Origin: Streblomastix strix
Taxonomy: Eukaryota
Reading direction: 5' to 3'
Assembly (NCBI GenBank): GCA_008636045.1
Contig: SNRW01000047.1
Coordinates: 1-34,846 of the forward strand
Length of the DNA stretch: 34,846 bases
Below, one piece after another: positions 27,590 through 34,846 of this stretch; position 1 is the stretch's first letter; each line of letters begins with the position of its first letter. The notes under the pieces were generated by a model that was not told the DNA's origin, did not search any database, and worked only from the letters and a program-made list of their open reading frames with translations. The position numbers and the translations under genes are program-made.

Positions 27590-28205
27590 AAATGACATCA
27601 TTTGTTCACGCCAAATGACTATGAGCATCAACGCAAAAAATCAATCATATTCACTAGTCAAATGACATAGACGATTTTAGTTAAATATCCGCATCAGAGA
27701 TCACTAATTCCGCCGTGTTAATTGGAATCGTTCATCCACACCAAATGACTATGACCATCAACGCAAAAATCGCCATCACTGAACACTAATTCTACCGTGG
27801 TAATTGGAAATCGTTTGTCCCTGCCAAATGACTATCATCATCAACGCAAAAAATCAATCACTTTGACAAATCAAATGCCATAGACGTATTTAGTTAATTA
27901 TCCGCGTCGCTGAAAAGTAATTCTGCCGTGGAAATTGGGAGCCGTTTGTCCCAGTCAAATGACTATAATCATCAACGCTTAAATTCTACACAAAGAGCAC
28001 TAATTCTGCCGCGCAAATTAGGAATCATTCATCCCTACCAAATGACCATCATCACTAATTTAATATTCAATCATTTTGGCATCAAAAATACCACTATACA
28101 TGTTAAATACATAGGCAAATTAGTAAAATCTCAACAACTGAGCTCACTAATTCATACATGATAATTACCCTCATTCGTCCATGTCAAATGACTATTAATG
28201 CAAAA
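27590..28205 (+). repeat. Higher-order tandem repeat array upstream of pPolB
   Basis: Units begin with (c/t)caaatgac at 27611, 27741, 27824, 27955, 28038 and 28184, giving spacings of 130, 83, 131, 83 and 146. Shared blocks are catcaacgcaaaaa (best conserved in the first units) and cactaattc.gccgtg.taattgga. Confidence 0.9.
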
Positions 28206-28277
28206 AATAATATTAGATGGTAATAATTAATATTATTATCAATTATGATTTTTTATTTTTTTTTAATTTCATAATAA

Positions 28278-31200
28278 ATGTCTAAGTTGACAAAACTATA
28301 AATTTTTTAATTAATGGCTATTGTTAAACCAATCAACGAATCAGAGAAATATGGTCCATTATACACTGAATTAGTAACTAAATTAAAGGATTTAAATTAT
28401 ATGGGAAGTAGAATAAACTTTAATAATGTACTGTAATTTCTTGAGTAATAATTAGGATAACCATATCAATAACTCATGTAAGAAAATGATGTCAATTAGT
28501 CAGATTTCAAAGATAAGTTGTATGATAGATAACACTAACATTTCATTAATGAATTTGATGTTGATAGGATATATAATGATCGAATTAATAAAGCAAAATA
28601 GAGATTAAGAGTGTATGGCAGTGTTGACTAATTCAAAGTTAAACAGTTTGATGTTGATAGGATATATAAAGATAAAAACAATAAAATTAAACGCAATCTC
28701 AATCAATAAATCATACAAAATGAAGATGATCTCTCTAATGCAATTTCAACAATTGAAAATTTAAAAAGAATGAATAAAATATCATAAATTGCATTACAAT
28801 TATGTGATGTTGAAAGTGAAGAGGAAACAATTAAAGCATTAAAAAGAGTTGGTAAATTCAAAAATAATGAAGCAATATCTGAAGCTGTTTATGATAAAAT
28901 TACTTATAAACTTCATTACTTTAATAAACTAACTCAGTAAGAGCAACTCTCTTAATATGCGGATAAAGTTTATGATTCATACAAAGGACTTCCATTTAAA
29001 GTTCAAATTGATTTTGGTGTTCTATTATAAGAAAAACTTGATGGAAATAATTATAAATATTCTGCCAGAATTCCTTCACTAGATAATGCTTTCAAACATA
29101 AATAATCAACAGTAACTGACAAGAAATCACTAGAGTAATTCAAAGTAGATATGTTTAAATAATTAAGAGAATTGATGGAACATTCATATGAAGATACTAG
29201 AAATCTGATAGTTGTAATATTTAATGTAATGTTCGCTACTTACAAGTTGATAGACACTGGAGCAATAATGCCATATCTTGATAAGCGCGATAAATAACAT
29301 TCAGTTCATTATATAGATTCAGATTATAAAATATGTTTCTTTATAGTACTAGCCTATAGGATTAGAAGTGAAATTGATGAAAAAGTAAGTGCGTGCTAAG
29401 TAATTTCATTTGCTAAACAATTATTCGCTTACTACTACAGAATTAAAGGTAAATATTAACTGTTTGAGTACTAATATAATAATGCAGCCAAGAAAGACTA
29501 ATCTCTCAACAAATATTTGTAAGATTACTAAGGTTTCAATATCTCAACTGAAATGACTAAATTCACTGATACATTCAATCTTGTTGTTAACATATACACT
29601 TATAATGAAGAGTTGGAAGGGAAAACAGGTTAGTATAGACTATTTAATTCATATGGTGAACTTAATAATGAATCAATGACTTTAGACTTATTACTCATTA
29701 GTGACGGGACTGAGTAACATGTAATGTATGTATCTAATGTTGAAAAATTGAAAGGTGTTCTTACATGTTCTTATTGCCATGATTATGTTACAATATTATC
29801 AACCAATAACAAAAGAGCTAATGAATATTTCAATACTCATGTCGAAAAATGTAAATCATCAACTCATGAGCCATCAATCTTATTACATGATGTTCCAATG
29901 CCAATATGTCCTGCAGTATTAAATCATCCAACAATAGAGTACCTAAAGGCTTATGAACTAATGGATTAATTTAAAGCATAACGAGGATTTATAACATATG
30001 ACTTTGAAATATTAAATGATTAAGTTATGAAAAAGATAACGGATTAAACAACATTACTCTCATAATTATCTAAATTATCGATTGCATCAACAGAAGTGTT
30101 CCCCAACTAAGAAAAATCATATGAATTAGTTAAGAGGTGTTATACATTATTCGATGAATCATCCAATAATTATTAAGAGTAATTAAAAAATTATGGACTA
30201 CCATCCAATTCATCATTTGTTCATCTAAAGCTTGCATAGACATTTGAATCTGCAGAATAGATATATTAGTGTATGAAGTATGAAAATGAAAATATTGCTT
30301 TTGACAGATGTGTTAAGGTATTGGGATGGAATAGTTCAAAATTTGATATTGTTCTTTTATTGGACGCATTAGATTGTGAACTTTGGACAATGGGTGTACC
30401 TATTGGTGATCTCAATAATACTAAATCCATTACAGTAACATATAAAAAGTCATATATGAAATTACAATTCATTGATGCAGATAATTTATTCGGTTCAATG
30501 TCACTAAAAGCTTGCGTAAAGGATCATGGCGACAAATCTGAAAATAAAGATGTATTTCCTTATGAAATTATTAACTCAAAGAATTGGAAATAAGTATTCG
30601 TGAAATCAGAACCATTTGAATAAGAAGATTTCAAATCATAACCTAAAGGAGGTCATTCTATTACTAAAGATGAGTATGATTAATATTTGATAAATTTTAA
30701 GAGATTCACGAACAGATTAGAATACCTCAAATACTATAACATTAACGATACAGAGATTATGATTAAGCCATTAATGAACTTATTTGATACATTTGAATAA
30801 TTCAATATTGATGTTTTACACTATATTTCAATTGCTTTATGTGTGTATGCAACGAAACATTATTTAACATACTTTCCTTCTAAATTCAATCTTGAAAGTG
30901 ACAAATAGACATATTACGAAGATTTTGATATAAATGCTGACTATTCTTATCCAAATCCTAATGCAAAAGCATTCATACTAACAACAGGCTATTGGAAGAA
31001 TAAATGCTATCACTATAAATAACAAGATTATAAAGCAGGTAGAGAAACGGAGAAAAACGTAACACCTGATGACTATGATTATTATAAGAGGTTGTTTGAA
31101 ACATCAGTGTGTTCAATTTGTAGTGCAAAATTCACTTATGGCAATCCTCCGAGTTTAGATAGATAAAATAATGAACTTCCTCATACAAAGGCTAACTGTT

Positions 31201-32846
31201 TGGCTGCATGTGTTTCATGTAATATTGCTCACGCAAATAGAGACCCAAAAATAGCATCATTATATATCAAGATGAGATAATATGCAATTAAACACAATTA
31301 ACCTATGACAATAAGTGATGAAAGAATATATAAATTACTTCGAGAGTGTATTACGGATGGTCTTGCAGCGGTATTTCATAGAGAGAATATTGCAGGTAAA
31401 ACTCATATAAATGAACTAACTTATGATGAATAATCAAACAAAATGATCTCATAAGATAATGAAAATGTTTCTACTTATGTATTTGCTCTTGACGGTAATA
31501 GTCTTTATCCCAGTTCCTATTCATCAGTCAAAAATGAAAATATACCTTACACTGATCATAGAATGTACATGGCAGGTAGATCGAAACTTTATTCAAAAAA
31601 ACCATATGTAGTCAAAAACTGCATAGATTAAAGAAAGAATATATTTATAGCAAAAGTCAAAGGATACTTTCCTATATCAGAGAACAATAACCTCCTTGCA
31701 CTACTTCCTGTATTTAGAAATATTGAGATAGAAAACAAAGAAGAAGTGATAGGTGAATATATGTATTTATAAGCACAAAAGCATTCACTTCCAATGACAA
31801 AGAAAGATAGAAAATTAACAATATTACTCGATACTAATGGATAATTTATGGTATTCAATAACTATTATCTTTGGCTACTTATTGATCTCGGTTTCGTCAT
31901 TACTGACTATAAGGCTATTACAGTCTTTGAGAAAAATGCAGCATATGAACCATTTGTTAGGACAATAATGAACTTAAGGATTTAAGCTATATTAGCAGCA
32001 TCGTCTAAAGAGAAATTCTATAAGCTTATAATTAACTCATCATATGGATATGATACATTAAATACAAAAAAATTTGGAAAGATAAAGATGTTAGATAAAG
32101 ATGATACTTTCATCGCATAACATCATCCTAATCACATTGGTACCAGACGGATTAGTGCTAACACATTTGCAGTATAAATTAAGCCTAAGACAGCTACTTG
32201 CTTCACATCAATTCAATCAGGAGTTTTTACCTTAGATAATGCAAATTATTGGTATCTCAATTATATTTATAACTTCATGTATAAATGCCTAGACCGTAAG
32301 CGATTTCATTTTGTTCTTGCAGATACTGATTCAATTTATATTGCTATAGCAGGAGATCAAGCTAAAGACTGTCATTAATAATTTGAATCATTAGTGTCAG
32401 ATAAACAGTTTTATGAATAACATGAATACTAATATTTACCTGATCCTAATAAAGATATCTATGACGACAAAAAGATACTTGGATTTAGTATTGAAAATGA
32501 AGGATATGAACTTACATCACTTGGACATAAGTGCTATTCAATGATTGTACACAAATGGGATAATAAAAAATAACAATATGAATTTAAACCAAAAATAACG
32601 TCAAAAGGAATAAGTAAAACATAAGATATATCTCATAATGATTACGTTAATGTAACTAATAAGGATATAGTGAAAAAAGGTATTAATGGAACATTAAAAG
32701 AGTAAGATAATGTTATGAGCACCATTTAAGTAGAAAAGTATGCACTAACTGGGTTCAATAATAAATCAATAGTGCTAAGGAATTTATGCTGTAGTCCTTA
32801 TATTAAAGGATTAACAGCAAAGGATTATATTATCAAAGATTAATGA
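28278..32846 (+). CDS. Protein-primed DNA polymerase B (1522 aa) with vOTU-like, Zn-finger and inserted HNH modules
   Basis: ATG 28278 to TGA 32844-32846 with no internal TGA or frameshift when TAA/TAG=Gln. Exonuclease: ExoI ITYDFE, ExoII GWNSSKFD, KDVFPYE, ExoIII YYNIND. Polymerase: motif A LDGNSLYPS (31491), motif B KLIINSSYG (32022), motif C ADTDS (32322), KCY. Confidence 0.96.
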
Positions 32847-32876
32847 ATTTATTATTTTTTTTTATTTTAATCTAAA

Positions 32877-33308
32877 ATGGATACATTATAACAATATCTA
32901 ACTCAAATTGATGCAAACAATAAAAGGATTGGGGACTTAATGAAAAAGAAAGAGTAACAATGAGAAATTATTAATAAATAGTAATTCCATAACGAACATT
33001 AATTCGCTGGCATAAATGCTAATAACTTTAACTTCAATCGAAAACCAAATCATACTAATACCAACAAAATTGACGGTATAAATGGTAATCAAATAGATCG
33101 CCCCTTCACTGAAGTGAGAGATTTTACAATTAGCCCTTTCGCTGAAATGAGAAGAGTACTTAAAGAAGGTATATAAAATGAAATACATTGGATTAATTGT
33201 AATAACACTAGTTATAACAGATTACATAATACATTAATGGAATATGATGAAATTAGATATAATTATTAGAAATAATTAGAAGATTTACTTGACAATATAG
33301 ATGAATGA
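32877..33308 (+). CDS. Hypothetical element protein (143 codons) with one in-frame TGA at 32961
   Basis: MDTLQQYLTQIDANNKRIGDLMKKKEQQ*EII...YQKQLEDLLDNIDE*. Starts 30 nt after the pPolB stop, behind a T-rich spacer; coiled-coil-like ends. Confidence 0.65.
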
Positions 33309-33332
33309 TTCGTTTATTTTTTCCTAATCAAA

Positions 33333-33476
33333 ATGACTCTCTTTGAACCAATCACTGCAAATATAACAATAGCAATTGAAGCGCTTGAATCACTACACAT
33401 TGATTGACATGCTATATGGAAAGCAATTTATGAAGCGGGAATCAAGTTCGCTTGCGAATCAAAGTTATGCAAATGA
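33333..33476 (+). CDS. Small hypothetical protein (47 codons) with one in-frame TGA at 33405
   Basis: MTLFEPITANITIAIEALESLHID*HAIWKAIYEAGIKFACESKLCK*. Fills the gap between T-rich spacers, with AAAATG start context. Confidence 0.5.
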
Positions 33477-33517
33477 ATAAAAAAGTATGATAGATATTAT
33501 TTTTATATTTTTCTTCG

Positions 33518-34117
33518 ATGAAAATGCCAGAAACTGAAACAGAAACAGAATTCGTCACTCTTAAAAATAATAGTGAATTTGAGATTTCAGTATCCGAACC
33601 GTGGATTATACGGAGAAAATAAGATGGATTTATACAAAAATAATGTAAAATCAATAGTGAATATATATTATTACATTTAAATAATTAAACACATTTACTA
33701 CACAGATTAGTAGCAGAATAATTTGTTAAAAATGATGATCTGATTAAAAATACATAAATTGATCACAAAATTGGACTTAAAAGTGATAATAGTATAGAAA
33801 ATTTACGTAGGGTTTCGAATTCAGAAAATTAGAAAAATAAATCGAAACACAATATTGAAGTTAATTATGATTATGTTGATGAAGTTCCTGATGATGCTAT
33901 TACCATTAATGAATATGGAAGACATAGATTTGAATTTTATTACTTTAGTGAAGAAACGGACAAATTTTATTACTATTACGGTTTAAAATATAGGATATTA
34001 CATATTAATGAAGTAAAACGAAATGGGGCGTTATTTGTTATTGCTTATGACATTGATAATGAAAGAGTGAATACTTATATTAATAAATTCAAAAGACTAT
34101 ATAACATAATTAATTGA
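33518..34117 (+). CDS. HNH endonuclease (HNH_3 / phage homing-endonuclease type), 199 aa
   Basis: Open under TAR=Gln, containing HLLHRLVAEQFVKNDDLIKNTQIDHKIGLKSDNSIENLRRVSNSEN. Alternative start at 33524. Confidence 0.92.
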
Positions 34118-34186
34118 TATTACCTAAAATAATAAATGAGCAAACTAGATATTATTATTTTTTTTATTTTTTTTCCCAAATTATAA

Positions 34187-34533
34187 ATGGCATAGACAGA
34201 GACTCAGACTTAACCCATTAGAATAAAAACACGTGCTGAATAGAGAAAAAGTCGTTTTATTAATCAACAGCTTAAATATGATTTTGTCTATCAACTCCCC
34301 GATGATGCTTTTCGTATTGAAATTTATGATAGTGGTCGCGGATATTATGAGTTTTAAAATTATTATTACTATAGTTAGCGAATGGCTAAATTCTACTCAC
34401 AAATTACTTGATATTACCTATTGGTGTATAAAAGAAAACAAGAGCATAAATTATTTATTTGACTGATACAAATGATTGTAGAATAGCTATAAATATCAAT
34501 AAATTCAAAAGATATCACAACATAATAAATTGA
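34187..34533 (+). pseudogene. Paralogue of the HNH protein's C-terminal domain, lacking the HNH core; frameshift near 34402
   Basis: YDFVYQLPDDAFRIEIY...ININKFKRYHNIIN* aligns with YDYVDEVPDDAITINEY...TYINKFKRLYNIIN* of the upstream gene. Confidence 0.8.
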
Positions 34534-34565
34534 GTCATTATTTTTGCTTACTTATTTTAAATTAA

Positions 34566-34846
34566 ATGGCATTAAGACAATAGTAACAACTAGATCAACA
34601 GAAAAATATAGATTCTTATTCATAAGCTTATAATTATTTATATAATTTTGATAATTCGGATAATATTATATTAAAAAAAGCATAGATGAAGAAATTATTA
34701 GATAAAGATTCTGATAAAAGACTAATTGAAAATGGACATTATTATATTATTTACTTAACAAATGATGATTATAATAAATTATGGGATAAGTATAAGAGTT
34801 GGGCAGAGGATGAAAATCCGAATTTGTATAAATTTATCATTGCATA
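34566..34846 (+). CDS. Hypothetical element protein, 3' truncated by the window edge
   Basis: TAAATG start; MALRQQQQLDQQKNIDSYSQAYNYLYNF...KLWDKYKSWAEDENPNLYKFIIA, open to the end of the window. Confidence 0.7.

Larger units (their letters stand above)
27550..34846 (+). mobile_element. Polinton/Maverick-like or endogenous virus-like pPolB element, left portion (continues past the window)
   Basis: Repeat array followed by intronless, same-strand, tightly packed genes: pPolB, two small ORFs, HNH endonuclease, its paralogue and a further ORF. No integrase, packaging ATPase or capsid gene is visible inside the window. Left boundary approximate. Confidence 0.8.

Noticed and set aside
27611..28200. 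CRISPR-like appearance of the repeat array, and standard-code ORF 27928-28161
   Set aside because: Intervening sequences are homologous to each other rather than unique spacers, repeats are degenerate, there are no cas genes and the context is eukaryotic. The ORF is incidental to the repeat.
30266..33654. Minus-strand ORFs 30266-30472, 31628-31858, 32937-33188 and 33442-33654
   Set aside because: Antisense shadows of the real plus-strand genes. The same applies to 5464-5700, 15426-15629 and 20959-21162, which lie antisense to other called genes.

Overview
Very AT-rich eukaryotic genomic DNA that reads in a non-standard code. TAA and TAG behave as sense codons (Gln, translation table 6 type) and TGA is the only stop, so the supplied standard-code ORF track fragments the real genes. 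An oxymonad such as Streblomastix, or another TAR=Gln protist, is a plausible source, but this is inference only. From left to right the window contains: (1) a 5-exon host gene (minus, 2600 to <1) for a catalytically degenerate MoxR-like AAA+ protein, running off the edge in a (TAA)38 poly-Gln tract; (2) a transposon graveyard with nested MITEs, a Merlin/IS1595-type transposase remnant, possible hAT remnants and three copies of a dispersed repeat; (3) a truncated protein-primed DNA polymerase B (pPolB) pseudogene; (4) a decayed, roughly full-length DIRS-type tyrosine-recombinase retrotransposon; (5) a pogo-like transposase followed by an OTU cysteine-protease domain; (6) from about 27.55 kb to the right edge, the left part of a Polinton/virus-like element. 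That element has a higher-order repeat array, an uninterrupted 1522-codon pPolB (vOTU-like domain, Zn finger, exonuclease, inserted HNH module, polymerase) and a tightly packed run of small genes including an HNH endonuclease. All translations were done by eye; family calls rest on motif recognition, not database searches.
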